From positions 32,001-96,000 of IMG/VR virus record IMGVR_UViG_3300021400_000529: a DNA stretch of 64,000 nucleotides; one strand, written 5' to 3'. The notes beneath the pieces were generated by a model, which saw only the letters and a list, made by a program, of their open reading frames with translations, was not told the origin of the DNA and ran no database searches. This document shows positions 1 to 9,401 of this stretch, in pieces; positions within the stretch are counted from its first letter, which is position 1; each line of letters opens with the position of its first letter. The position numbers were made by a program, and so were the translations under genes. This DNA is from a virus (lineage: Duplodnaviria > Caudoviricetes).

Positions 1-8
1 ACATACTA

Positions 9-494
9 ATGGTATTTGAAGATACCATATCATTTGAAATTTATCCTCAGTTTCTAAAAGACATTCTAAAATATATCCACCAATGCCAATTCCCCCTGCA
101 AACTGAACCAAAAGAGGAAATGGATAAAATTGAATCCTTGAAAAACATAATATCCCTCCACCAGCACTATTACAAATGGTATGTGATAGATGAGTGTGGA
201 ACAACAGAATGTAATCCCGAATTATCAGATAAGTTTTTCAAAATGTACCTCACAAAAAAATTTAAAACAGAATCAATACTACAGGAACAGCTTGAACTTT
301 CAGAGGATTGGGCTATCCACTTATCAGAAAATATACTGAAAATTTATGGTTGGGATAAATCTACTTTCCCAGATGTATCCAGATTATGGGATCTGCTTGA
401 AGAAATAGGATGGAACATTAGCTGTAATGTGGATTTTAATGATGGTACTGTTAAATTTGTTGTGAAACTGAAGAATATGGAGATGGGAATATGA
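9..494 (+). CDS. hypothetical protein
   Basis: 161-aa ORF, ATGA overlap with next ORF. Confidence 0.7.
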   Translation: MVFEDTISFEIYPQFLKDILKYIHQCQFPLQTEPKEEMDKIESLKNIISLHQHYYKWYVIDECGTTECNPELSDKFFKMYLTKKFKTESILQEQLELSEDWAIHLSENILKIYGWDKSTFPDVSRLWDLLEEIGWNISCNVDFNDGTVKFVVKLKNMEMGI

Positions 495-1054
495 AAAAAG
501 GAAAGAGAGTAGGTAATCTTCCATTAGATTATGGTGAAACTCAGGCAAAAAAAACTATGGAACGATTGGAGAACACTATTCATGATATTTTATATGGAGA
601 CCAAGAAAAATTGGATTCTTATCATTTTAATGAACCTTTTATCAAAAGTGTAAAGGATAGAGAAAAACAAAAATCTGTAGAAATCAATGATTTAAATCAA
701 TTGGATGAACTAATATCTCTGGAAGAAGCTATACATGATTATCAACAGGCGAGGGAAGATTATCTTAAAAGGGTAGAAGAAGCCGAGAACTTTTTCAAAA
801 TAGATAGACAAGTCTTTGAATCCATACTGCGAACACATTTCAATGCCTCAGAAGTTTATGTGTCTGAAAAGGAAGTCAAATTCATAAAGTATAACGACGA
901 AGAACAAAAAAGACTCTATGAAGAAAATGGTGTGTTCTATGATAACATACCAGAAGAAGCAGAAGAGTTCCTAAAAACCAGGAAATATATTCATAAATAT
1001 ATAGAAACGGATGAGGATGTAATCAAAGAGGAAATCACTTTCAACATAGATTAA
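491..1054 (+). CDS. hypothetical protein
   Basis: 187-aa acidic ORF in a tightly packed run. Confidence 0.75.
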   Translation: MKKGKRVGNLPLDYGETQAKKTMERLENTIHDILYGDQEKLDSYHFNEPFIKSVKDREKQKSVEINDLNQLDELISLEEAIHDYQQAREDYLKRVEEAENFFKIDRQVFESILRTHFNASEVYVSEKEVKFIKYNDEEQKRLYEENGVFYDNIPEEAEEFLKTRKYIHKYIETDEDVIKEEITFNID

Positions 1055-1074
1055 AAAAAGGATGGTAATGTATT

Positions 1075-1464
1075 ATGAGAATCAGTTATGAAAAGTTGAA
1101 AAAGATAAGGGAAAACAATAATTATACCCAAAAACAAGTTGCAGATTATTTAGGAATTAGCCCAAATACTTTTTCAAAAATGGAAAAAGGACGAAGAAAC
1201 ATGGACTCAGTCACTCTTGATAAATTATGTTTATTATACAATTGCTCATCAAAATATTTATTAGGGACATCTGATGATTATACAGGAAATAATGAAAGTG
1301 TGACAAATTGTCACAGGTTGAAAATTCCCTCAGATATTGAAAAAATTGATTTATTTGCAATTTCTAAAATGAATCAAGTAGCCAGATATTTAAAATTATT
1401 AAGAGAAAATGAAGAGGAAATTGTTTTTGAAATGAGGGAAACGGGTGAGAAATCAGATGAATAA
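1075..1464 (+). CDS. XRE-family helix-turn-helix transcriptional regulator
   Basis: LKKIRENNNYTQKQVADYLGISPNTFSKMEKG...LDKLCLLYNCSSKYLLG is a typical HTH_3/Cro-C1 pattern. Confidence 0.9.
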   Translation: MRISYEKLKKIRENNNYTQKQVADYLGISPNTFSKMEKGRRNMDSVTLDKLCLLYNCSSKYLLGTSDDYTGNNESVTNCHRLKIPSDIEKIDLFAISKMNQVARYLKLLRENEEEIVFEMRETGEKSDE

Positions 1465-1927
1465 AAAGGACAATATCCTAAGATGGGTTCGTGATGAAAT
1501 AAAAACAGACATCTGTGAATATGTGGAATATGGTGGTTTTGGTTCTGTCAAAGGACAACTGCGACTCAATAGTACCTTGTTAGAACACATGAATTATCAA
1601 GACAACAAATATATTCACATCATAAGATTTGAAAATGAACCTTTCACAGTGTACATGGATTACAGTAAAGATATGAAAAAACTGTATATTGAGCCAGATT
1701 ATTGGAATGAACCTCCAGTATATAAGGGTGTTTCACAAAGGTTACTGAATGAATTAACCCATTATTGTGGAATAAGTAATTATTTTGTTTCATGTGTCTA
1801 TTATGATTATGAGGAAGCTTGTCTATGTATACGGGAATGCAAATCCAATATCAATCCACAGTGTTTGACTGATTATGAATTGGATTATATTGCGAAGAAA
1901 GTTCTGGAGAAAATTACGGTGAGGTGA
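1457..1927 (+). CDS. hypothetical protein, paralogous to the C-terminal half of 3997..4593
   Basis: Start moved to ATG 1457 (GGTGA upstream); shares HI..N..VY.D..K.KLYI...T.Y...NY....YD.E...LCI with 3997..4593. Confidence 0.75.
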   Translation: MNKKDNILRWVRDEIKTDICEYVEYGGFGSVKGQLRLNSTLLEHMNYQDNKYIHIIRFENEPFTVYMDYSKDMKKLYIEPDYWNEPPVYKGVSQRLLNELTHYCGISNYFVSCVYYDYEEACLCIRECKSNINPQCLTDYELDYIAKKVLEKITVR

Positions 1928-1928
1928 A

Positions 1929-2138
1929 GTGATGGATAAGATAAAATTGATAAACATAACCAAACTCAAAAACAAACTATGTAATCTTGACGATGATAGG
2001 GAATGTGCATTATGTGAGTTTGCCTCACCTAAAGGTTGTCGTGCTGGGGATGAGTGTAACTTCCTTTTTGATGAAGATATACTTGATGCGATACTGGAAG
2101 AATGTCAAATTTCAATGTCAGAGGGATTGAGTGAATAA
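1929..2138 (+). CDS. small Cys-rich hypothetical protein
   Basis: CxxC plus further Cys; AGGTGA upstream. Confidence 0.65.
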   Translation: MMDKIKLINITKLKNKLCNLDDDRECALCEFASPKGCRAGDECNFLFDEDILDAILEECQISMSEGLSE

Positions 2139-2326
2139 TGCCAAAAAAGATGACGATAGTTGAAAAATGGAAAGAACACAGAAAAAAACTCACGGGTGCT
2201 GAATTACCGTACATACCTTACCTCGCAGAAGAATTTTGTATCTATGATGAAATAACGGAAGAAATACACAAGAACACAGAAGAGGGAAAACTGTTAAGGT
2301 GGTTTGTCAATAATATAAGAAAATAA
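2138..2326 (+). CDS. hypothetical protein
   Basis: TAATG coupling to previous ORF. Confidence 0.65.
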   Translation: MPKKMTIVEKWKEHRKKLTGAELPYIPYLAEEFCIYDEITEEIHKNTEEGKLLRWFVNNIRK

Positions 2327-2329
2327 TTC

Positions 2330-2734
2330 ATGAAGGGTTGGATAAAAAAAATGATAACTGATGACATTGAAAACTATGAAAGAATAGTCTATGAATACAA
2401 GGATACTGAAAGATATGCAGATAGTGTGGAGGATAACTTACTCCGTTTATCAAGGATGATAGAATACCTTGAACCTGTTCAGAACCAGTTGAAGAATATA
2501 CTCATGGGATATTTTCTCAAAAAAGGGTTAAGTGATATTAAAAAGATAACCATTACTTCAGGAAGGATAGATGTAGTTATAGATAGGGAGTATGTGATTT
2601 ATGATTATGAGTTGGAAATCCTTCAATCAGTAGGTAGACCCTTCTCAATATGGTTCAATGCTGATATTACAGTAACTTATGTTCTTGAAATATGTGCTAA
2701 AAAAGATAATAAAGGCGACAACAATGGGACATGA
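2330..2734 (+). CDS. hypothetical protein
   Basis: 134-aa ORF in a packed run. Confidence 0.7.
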   Translation: MKGWIKKMITDDIENYERIVYEYKDTERYADSVEDNLLRLSRMIEYLEPVQNQLKNILMGYFLKKGLSDIKKITITSGRIDVVIDREYVIYDYELEILQSVGRPFSIWFNADITVTYVLEICAKKDNKGDNNGT

Positions 2735-2999
2735 GAAGATAACTTCTGCTGAAGAAATCATCGAAGATCAGATAACAAGAATGAAGTACAAAATAGAAAA
2801 TCCATACTATGACATGACTGATGAACACCTACTTCAGTTGTACAAAGTGAATCTATTACTATTTGAAGAGAATCAGAAAAAGATAAATGGTGAAATAGAA
2901 ACTGCACTATCCTATGAAGAACTCTTCAAAGAAAAAATGGAAATATGTGAAATGCTTAGAAACGAGTCTTATGAATTAGAAAAGAGAAGAGTATTATGA
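2724..2999 (+). CDS. hypothetical coiled-coil protein
   Basis: Likely start ATG 2724 (MGHEK), short overlap with upstream ORF. Confidence 0.65.
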   Translation: MGHEKITSAEEIIEDQITRMKYKIENPYYDMTDEHLLQLYKVNLLLFEENQKKINGEIETALSYEELFKEKMEICEMLRNESYELEKRRVL

Positions 3000-3003
3000 A
3001 AAG

Positions 3004-3246
3004 TTGATAGGGGGCAACAATGAAATGACTGTATCTGAAGAAGATAAGAATTATTACTCTGACTTATTAGAAGACATTTGTTCTGAATGTCATGACTGCA
3101 AACATTTATATCTCGATTATGAGTATTATGAAAACTTAAATGATGAATTTCCATATTTCGAATGTTTTAAAAACCAAAGGGTACATTTTGATGAGGATAA
3201 TCCAAAACCATCTTGTAAATACAAAGAGAGGGTAACAAGGAAATGA
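3004..3246 (+). CDS. small Cys-rich hypothetical protein
   Basis: CSECHDCKH motif; ATGA overlap with next ORF. Confidence 0.65.
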   Translation: MIGGNNEMTVSEEDKNYYSDLLEDICSECHDCKHLYLDYEYYENLNDEFPYFECFKNQRVHFDEDNPKPSCKYKERVTRK

Positions 3247-3635
3247 CTAATGAGATTAATACTGAAGAAAAAATACTGAAAAAATTAGAAGAAATAAACA
3301 AAAAACAACAACTAACAAATGAACTACTACTCGCAAACTATCATATACTACAAGAACATATACAAAGACAAAATTCTCCAGTAGCATTACTATCAGAAGA
3401 ATTAGATGATTACTTCACAGAAAATGTACTGCAAAACTCAACAAACAAGAAATTAGATGCAGAAATAGGAGGATTATTCAAAGACCTCCCTGTATGCTCA
3501 CGATGTGGGTATCGTAGGTTCATGATTCCATTCACACTAAGTGAGGGGAGAACTACATGGACTTGTAGACATTGTGGGAAAGATACAACAGTGGATGAGG
3601 ATTTCAAAGAATATTTTAACAGGCGTCAATCATAG
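3243..3635 (+). CDS. zinc-ribbon protein
   Basis: C-terminal CSRCG...WTCRHCG (two CxxC pairs). Confidence 0.75.
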   Translation: MTNEINTEEKILKKLEEINKKQQLTNELLLANYHILQEHIQRQNSPVALLSEELDDYFTENVLQNSTNKKLDAEIGGLFKDLPVCSRCGYRRFMIPFTLSEGRTTWTCRHCGKDTTVDEDFKEYFNRRQS

Positions 3636-3685
3636 AAAAGGAAGAGGATTAAAATGACAGTAGAAAATGATAAGTATGAGGTTGT

Positions 3686-3979
3686 GTGGTGGTGATGATT
3701 GAACAAAAACTCAATGTAGCAGTAATGATATTGGTATTGATTGCCATTATAGTTACAGGAATTATTGTTGTTGATGATTCCTCAAAGGATGAAACAGAAA
3801 GATACAAATATTCAAATAATGTCATCATTGATGATATGTGCTATGAGGAATACAATAAATCTTATATTGAATGCAATTATACTGAAAAGAAACAGATTAT
3901 CAGAAAATACAGATTAACACAATTTGAACATGAACAGGAGAAACCAACACAGATAATGCCAGTATTCATACCAACATAA
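3686..3979 (+). CDS. membrane-anchored hypothetical protein
   Basis: N-terminal hydrophobic helix VAVMILVLIAIIVTGIIVV. Confidence 0.7.
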   Translation: MVVMIEQKLNVAVMILVLIAIIVTGIIVVDDSSKDETERYKYSNNVIIDDMCYEEYNKSYIECNYTEKKQIIRKYRLTQFEHEQEKPTQIMPVFIPT

Positions 3980-3996
3980 AAAAAATGGGATAGTGA

Positions 3997-4593
3997 TTGA
4001 AGATGAAATTTGAAGAAATACTACCATACCTCAAAAGAGGAAGTAAAGCATACCGTGTGAAAGATTTTCAAGGTCCACAATACTTGAAGAATTATGTTTA
4101 TCTCTGTGAAACTGATGTAATGCGAGTATATGATAACGGAATTAATCCTTCCAAGTCATATTTTGATTTCAGTGATATTATTGCAGATGACTGGGAAATA
4201 CTGGGAAACAATACAATGAAACCTATCACCAATACGCAGATTATAGAGTATATTCACATCACATCAAAAGATTATGGTGGCTATGAAATAATTGTTGATG
4301 AAAAGGACACGCCACCAGAACCACCATATCTTTATTCTCAGGAAGTGGAATTATGTACAGACCCTATGAAATGCCATATATTGTATGTTCCTGAAAACAA
4401 TATTGTCTGCTATTATGATACCTTCAAGGAAAAACTATTCATAACTTATGATGACTCCGAAAATCATTACAAACTGGATAAAAAGATGATACAAAGAATA
4501 ACAGATTACCTCAGATGGAACAATTACATTATCTACAATTACCATTATGACTGGGAAGGAAGCATATTGTGTATAGAAAAGGAAGAGGATTAA
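3997..4593 (+). CDS. DUF2829/Tad2-like N-terminal domain fused to a domain paralogous to 1457..1927
   Basis: MKFEEILPYLKRGSKAYR...DIIADDWEI resembles the DUF2829 pattern (F.EAL..LK.G....R...D.LA.DW). Confidence 0.55.
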   Translation: MKMKFEEILPYLKRGSKAYRVKDFQGPQYLKNYVYLCETDVMRVYDNGINPSKSYFDFSDIIADDWEILGNNTMKPITNTQIIEYIHITSKDYGGYEIIVDEKDTPPEPPYLYSQEVELCTDPMKCHILYVPENNIVCYYDTFKEKLFITYDDSENHYKLDKKMIQRITDYLRWNNYIIYNYHYDWEGSILCIEKEED

Positions 4594-4594
4594 A

Positions 4595-5065
4595 ATGACA
4601 GAAGAAAATGATAAAAAAGATTTGGAAAACATGAGAGATAAACTACAGGAAAACATGAAAAAAATACTTAACTCTGAGTTTGGAGATGAATTAACATTCG
4701 AGTTTGGAGATGAATTAACATTCTATCCACCATGGGGGCATTATGAAACCCTTGGAAAAGTAGATGTTGGTGGTGAATGGAAAGATATGATTAATCCAAC
4801 ATTCATGGAAAGATCAAAATGGTTCGCTGAAAGAGAATCACCAGTGCCTCATAATATACAGGAAATGTTTGAAGAAATGCTGGGAAGTAGTGTAAACAAA
4901 GACACAGAAAAATTGATTACTAGTGTGAAGGCTTGGAGAAACCTTTTACTTGCAAAACAGATAAATGATGGTAGTGAAACATTCACACAGGAAACAATAG
5001 ATGCCGTCGGATTGGTTATGGGAATGACCAACCTAATCAAAATGCTGAAAGAGGAGTTGGAGTGA
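4595..5065 (+). CDS. hypothetical protein
   Basis: 156-aa ORF; contains an internal 8-aa tandem duplication. Confidence 0.7.
   Translation: MTEENDKKDLENMRDKLQENMKKILNSEFGDELTFEFGDELTFYPPWGHYETLGKVDVGGEWKDMINPTFMERSKWFAERESPVPHNIQEMFEEMLGSSVNKDTEKLITSVKAWRNLLLAKQINDGSETFTQETIDAVGLVMGMTNLIKMLKEELE
4676..4723 (+). repeat. perfect 24-bp tandem duplication (EFGDELTF x2)
   Basis: gagtttggagatgaattaacattc occurs twice in tandem. Confidence 0.95.
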
Positions 5066-5068
5066 AAC

Positions 5069-5272
5069 ATGATAATTCCGGATGGTATTGTAGGTGCCGT
5101 AATTATAGTGGTGATGGTTCTGTTGATTATAAAGTGTTACGAACTGAAACAAGAACTGCGGATTGAAAAAGAACATCATAATATTACAAGGGATTTGTAT
5201 CATATTTATTTCAACAAATGGAATGATGTGCAATATGAATTACAGTCCTTGAAGAATGATAAAACAGAATGA
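5069..5272 (+). CDS. small membrane protein
   Basis: N-terminal TM helix followed by a coiled segment. Confidence 0.65.
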   Translation: MIIPDGIVGAVIIVVMVLLIIKCYELKQELRIEKEHHNITRDLYHIYFNKWNDVQYELQSLKNDKTE

Positions 5273-5292
5273 AATGAGGGAGTGTACTTTTA

Positions 5293-5562
5293 ATGGTTTT
5301 CAAAGCGAAAATTACACCAACTGAAAAAGGTGATGACTTAAAAATCATCATAACATCCAAAGGTATAACTGCTTGGATAAACCACACACTACAGGGGTAT
5401 TATATTATAACCAATTTGGGTAGTGGTGTTAAACTAAGAAGTGAAGATGAAAGCATTAGGAATAGAATAAGATTGTTTGAGGAATCGAAGAATTTGGTTG
5501 CGTTTATGACACCGACAAGAAATGAATTTGAAAAGGAGTTCTCAGAATATTTTGAAGATTAA
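5293..5562 (+). CDS. hypothetical protein
   Basis: 89-aa ORF, GAGGGAG RBS. Confidence 0.7.
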   Translation: MVFKAKITPTEKGDDLKIIITSKGITAWINHTLQGYYIITNLGSGVKLRSEDESIRNRIRLFEESKNLVAFMTPTRNEFEKEFSEYFED

Positions 5563-5596
5563 TATGGTGATTTATTTGAAAGAGAGGGGATGAGAT

Positions 5597-5968
5597 ATGT
5601 CGGAAATGAAAAATGATGTTGAAAGAAATTTGCAAAGTATTTTTTACATTTATCAACAAGATAGGAGAAGGTTTCTTCTACAGAAAAAACAAGCTGAATC
5701 ATGGATAAGGGAAGTGTTGAATCTTTCAGATGATTGTATTATTGAATTATCTGGTAATCAGTTGAAAATAATCAATTATGAAGATTATCCCATTTATGTA
5801 CAGGACAGAATCTGCAAATACTTCGAGAAATATGAATACTTCGAGAAATATGTAAAAAATTTTTCTGTAGTAACCGATTATGTATCCGAATCTGTTCAAA
5901 TTACAATGGAGCTGAAAAGATTGGAAGATGATGAGGGTGAATATGATGGATTGGAAAACTTTCTTTGA
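5597..5968 (+). CDS. hypothetical protein
   Basis: 123-aa ORF with RBS. Confidence 0.7.
   Translation: MSEMKNDVERNLQSIFYIYQQDRRRFLLQKKQAESWIREVLNLSDDCIIELSGNQLKIINYEDYPIYVQDRICKYFEKYEYFEKYVKNFSVVTDYVSESVQITMELKRLEDDEGEYDGLENFL
5817..5852 (+). repeat. perfect 18-bp tandem duplication
   Basis: aatacttcgagaaatatg occurs twice in tandem. Confidence 0.9.
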
Positions 5969-6269
5969 AAAACATTGTACTCTTAGTGATGAATACAACT
6001 CTCCGGAGAACACACATGGCTATGAATATTCCTTAAAAGGTAAACCTGTTAATTTAACAGTTTATGGGGAAAACATTCTTTTTCATAGGGATTCTGTTAA
6101 TTTCATACAACACCTTGTAGAATACAAGCCAACAATACAACATCACCTATATCTTCACAGTACAAATGGTGATGAATATTATTTTGAATGCAGTGATTTG
6201 GTGTTTGAACAAATGAAAATCCATGGAACATGGATAGTTAATGTGGAAGTGGAAGATAATGGAGAATGA
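5943..6269 (+). CDS. hypothetical protein
   Basis: Likely start MMDWK after GGGTGA. Confidence 0.65.
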   Translation: MMDWKTFFEKHCTLSDEYNSPENTHGYEYSLKGKPVNLTVYGENILFHRDSVNFIQHLVEYKPTIQHHLYLHSTNGDEYYFECSDLVFEQMKIHGTWIVNVEVEDNGE

Positions 6270-6459
6270 CGAATTGTGTAAAACATGTGTTCATGTGGTT
6301 AAGGATGGAAACAAACCAGTTGCTTGTCTTACACTCATAGAATGTGTGAACAAAAAAACTTGCATGTTTTACAAAGTACATCCACTTTATGATAGAAAAA
6401 AAGAATGGATCTACTTCATGAAACCGTTATGGAATAAATATGGAGAATTGAGATGGTAG
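6259..6459 (+). CDS. small Cys-rich hypothetical protein
   Basis: CKTC..C..C..C pattern. Confidence 0.6.
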   Translation: MENDELCKTCVHVVKDGNKPVACLTLIECVNKKTCMFYKVHPLYDRKKEWIYFMKPLWNKYGELRW

Positions 6460-6502
6460 GGTACTCTAAAAAAGGGGAAATGCCTTTCAAATAGTTTAAT
6501 AT

Positions 6503-6825
6503 GGGTGGGTAATGAGAATATGTAGTTTCTCGGTATTCTTTTTTAATTACATAAAAATAAGATGGTGATGTGAAACCTCTCCATGTCTACGTCTACCTCA
6601 CAATTATAATTTCCATTTCATTATTTACATTATATGTTATGGATGAGGACTATAACTAAATGTGTGATGAGTAGTGCGAGTTCCAAAGATTAACTCTCTC
6701 AGGAGACATCACCTCTAATACCTTGATTTTTACCCCTAAAAAAAAGGATATGAACAAGAACAATATGAACATAGAACACCTTGAGGAGGCTTGTTTTGTA
6801 GGAGGTGCAAATCCTCCCCCACCCA
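6503..6825 (+). ncRNA. tRNA-like-ended structured RNA (~323 nt)
   Basis: 5' GGGTGGG-TA (6503-6511) pairs with 3' CCCACCC-A (6818-6825), directly preceded by a T-arm GGAGG-TGCAAAT-CCTCC (6801-6817); internal pairing GGTGATGT/ACATCACC. Confidence 0.5.
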
Positions 6826-6849
6826 ATTTTTCAATGAATAAATAAGACG

Positions 6850-7077
6850 GTGAAAAAGATGATGGAAGAAAAAAGAGTTAAAGTCGAACAAAAAGATTTT
6901 AAAACCCAATTTGGATTTAGGTCTGATTACAGAGCCACTGTTGCCTCTTTAAAAAAAGCATTGGAATACTTTGATGAGGAGTTGCCAATCGGAATTTTGT
7001 ATGATGGCGGATGCGGATATTGTGATATTCATGAAATCATAATTGAAAATGGATTAGTTAAGTTAGTAGGGAATTAA
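6850..7077 (+). CDS. hypothetical protein
   Basis: 75-aa ORF abutting next ORF. Confidence 0.65.
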   Translation: MKKMMEEKRVKVEQKDFKTQFGFRSDYRATVASLKKALEYFDEELPIGILYDGGCGYCDIHEIIIENGLVKLVGN

Positions 7078-7500
7078 ATGGAATGTATATGTAGTGTAAC
7101 AAAGAGTTATACTAAAAAAATAAGGGATATGGAAATTGGATTATTATCCTTCTTCACAGACTTATTTAACCCAATATTCTCAAGGTATGATGTTGAAACA
7201 TATTATGTTGATTTTCTTGAACGATATTCAAAATCCATCAATTCATTTTTGGTTTATTGCTGTGAAGATGTTAGAAAAAGTGTTGAAGTAGGGGAACTTA
7301 AAATGAATTTCAGTAACCTGCAAGATTGGCTTAGGAATTTGAGAGAATATGTTCTTGTGTATTATATAACTAAACAGAAGTTTCCTGAAATCCTTGAAGG
7401 AAAGAATCCCCTCAAGAGCATATCTGTCAGGATTCCCGAAGAATGTTGTTATAAAATCACTCTCCAATTTGACAGAACAAATGTTGGAGTAATGAAATAG
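7078..7500 (+). CDS. hypothetical protein
   Basis: 140-aa ORF. Confidence 0.65.
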   Translation: MECICSVTKSYTKKIRDMEIGLLSFFTDLFNPIFSRYDVETYYVDFLERYSKSINSFLVYCCEDVRKSVEVGELKMNFSNLQDWLRNLREYVLVYYITKQKFPEILEGKNPLKSISVRIPEECCYKITLQFDRTNVGVMK

Positions 7501-7604
7501 ATAATGGTGATTAATATTGTATGCCTAAGGACAAGGACACAATGTGTGGGTTCCGATTCCACATTGTCTGATCAAAAAAAAAGTAAGTAAAAAGTAGAAC
7601 CCAA

Positions 7605-7895
7605 TTGGAGGATGTTTATTTTATGAAAAAAAGATTACATGATTATTATGAAGAGTATTGTGAAAATTTTTCTTACAAACCTTTGCATAAAAATTTGGTG
7701 TTCAAATTTGATAATTTTCTCAATGTTAAAAAAATACCTATCAAACAATCATATGAACACATAAGTGAATATGTTGATAACATAGCAGTATCTCGAAGAA
7801 CACAAAGGCATTATAAAACACAACTTAGGAGGTATACTGAATATGTGTACCAGGAAAATAACTGGTCATATAATGAGAGTGGACTAACCGTATGA
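7605..7895 (+). CDS. stand-alone integrase SAM-like (core-binding) domain protein, tentative
   Basis: FDNFL...EHISEYVDNIAVSRRTQRHYKTQLRRYTEYV resembles the N-terminal domain of tyrosine recombinases; no catalytic domain. Confidence 0.45.
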   Translation: MEDVYFMKKRLHDYYEEYCENFSYKPLHKNLVFKFDNFLNVKKIPIKQSYEHISEYVDNIAVSRRTQRHYKTQLRRYTEYVYQENNWSYNESGLTV

Positions 7896-7958
7896 ATGGA
7901 AAAACATCAAAAACAAATACGGAAGGGTGGAAGGAACAAAATAATTGGGAATGGATAA

Positions 7959-8162
7959 TTGGTGATTAATATGATCTGTGATTCTTGCGTATATAATGGA
8001 TGGAAAACTGTGTATAACGGTAAGGTTATGAAAAAACTCTGTGTCCTGTTACATGAATTTGTGGAAAATCGAACGTGTTGTGTGGACTATAAACAGAGAA
8101 TAATTCGACAGTATGATTTCAAAGGAACTAATAAAGCATACTGGTTGGAGAAAGGAAACTAA
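7959..8162 (+). CDS. small Cys-rich hypothetical protein
   Basis: CDSC...C...CC; GGTGA RBS before ATG 7971. Confidence 0.6.
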   Translation: MVINMICDSCVYNGWKTVYNGKVMKKLCVLLHEFVENRTCCVDYKQRIIRQYDFKGTNKAYWLEKGN

Positions 8163-8198
8163 ATATAAAGAAAATGTGAATTTGGAGGATAAGTTATA

Positions 8199-8408
8199 AT
8201 GAGAGAAAGGTTTAGATTAAAGGATGGTAAAGTATATGACCAGATCGCAGACGAGTATCTTTCATTGACAAAATGTATTAAAACTCTGAATGAGTATGAT
8301 GATACTCTTGAATCACTGTCTTTTGTGGTTCAGGAGAATGTTATGCTTAGAAAAAAACTTGACCAGCTGCAAGAAAAGGATTATGAAGAATATAAACAGA
8401 AAAATTAG
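8199..8408 (+). CDS. hypothetical protein
   Basis: GGAGG RBS; C-terminal coiled coil. Confidence 0.7.
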   Translation: MRERFRLKDGKVYDQIADEYLSLTKCIKTLNEYDDTLESLSFVVQENVMLRKKLDQLQEKDYEEYKQKN

Positions 8409-8425
8409 TGGGATAGGATAAAAAT

Positions 8426-8797
8426 ATGAGTTGCTACATTAATGGTGGTAAAATGGAATATGATGTTGAACCTTTTGAAAGTTTGGATGTTCTGAAAATA
8501 AAGTATAATTCAAACAATAAGATTGTTGAAGTAAGCACGGTTTTTTCATTATCTTTAGATGAATACTATAAAAATAACAAATGTTTACTCACAGTTCCCT
8601 TGTTGACGGATGAAAAACCATTCATTTATAATGATAATATATATCATGAAATTGATTTCAGAGTATTTCAACATTTGAATGATAAAATAACTTATTGTTA
8701 TGAAGTTGAAACTTTTGATTGGATTCTAAGGAAAATGCAAAGTTTGGTAAACAATGGTTGTATTTTATGTTATTGTATTAAGTTAATAGAATTATAA
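8426..8797 (+). CDS. hypothetical protein
   Basis: 123-aa ORF. Confidence 0.65.
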   Translation: MSCYINGGKMEYDVEPFESLDVLKIKYNSNNKIVEVSTVFSLSLDEYYKNNKCLLTVPLLTDEKPFIYNDNIYHEIDFRVFQHLNDKITYCYEVETFDWILRKMQSLVNNGCILCYCIKLIEL

Positions 8798-8814
8798 CAC
8801 TAAGTAAAGGGGAT

Positions 8815-8982
8815 ATGATATTTATGGCCGCAAATTATGATAATAATTGGTTAATATTTCAAAACAAGAAAAGAGCTAGAAAGGGTATTGGTAATAATTC
8901 AACAAAGGTAAGTGATGATAATGATACAAATGAAGAGTATCAAGCATTCCTCAGAAAGTACGAAGAGTTGACAAAAGAATGA
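8815..8982 (+). CDS. hypothetical 55-aa protein (not in ORF track)
   Basis: Manually translated MIFMAANYDNNWLIFQNKKRARKG...; fills the gap and has an ATGA overlap with next ORF. Confidence 0.55.
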   Translation: MIFMAANYDNNWLIFQNKKRARKGIGNNSTKVSDDNDTNEEYQAFLRKYEELTKE

Positions 8983-9401
8983 AGTACAAATATCAATTTT
9001 ATAAAAACAGGAAGGAAATACTGAAACAATCAGCAGTGGATAATTACTGGATTAATGTTCCAAGGAAAAACATTTTGCACCAACAGGATGGATTTTATCA
9101 GTTAATGTATCCGTATGTTATGAATATTGGAAAAACGGTGTTGGATAGGTTTGGTGCGTTTCCAGAACAATTTTATTGTGATGAGGATAGAACATTATAT
9201 TTCACAGTAAAAATAAACAAAATCAAGCAACATGTCAGTGATAATTATTTGGAAAGTATTTCCGAGATTACCGTTCCAATGTATTCAGGGGATAATTCTC
9301 TTTTTAAGTTGTGTCCTTATATTATGAATAAAAGCACTCGTTGGAACATTAAGTATTTAACATTACTTTATAAAGAATTTGATGAGAATGGTGGTGAATG
9401 A
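8979..9401 (+). CDS. hypothetical protein
   Basis: 140-aa ORF, coupled on both sides. Confidence 0.7.
   Translation: MKYKYQFYKNRKEILKQSAVDNYWINVPRKNILHQQDGFYQLMYPYVMNIGKTVLDRFGAFPEQFYCDEDRTLYFTVKINKIKQHVSDNYLESISEITVPMYSGDNSLFKLCPYIMNKSTRWNIKYLTLLYKEFDENGGE

Noticed and set aside
6503-6825. Calling the RNA a bona fide tRNA or tmRNA
   Set aside because: No recognisable D-arm or anticodon arm, no G3-U70 pair, and no identifiable tag reading frame; kept only as tRNA-like.
7605-7895. Functional integrase marking a provirus boundary
   Set aside because: Only 96 aa, no R-H-R-Y catalytic domain and no att site seen.
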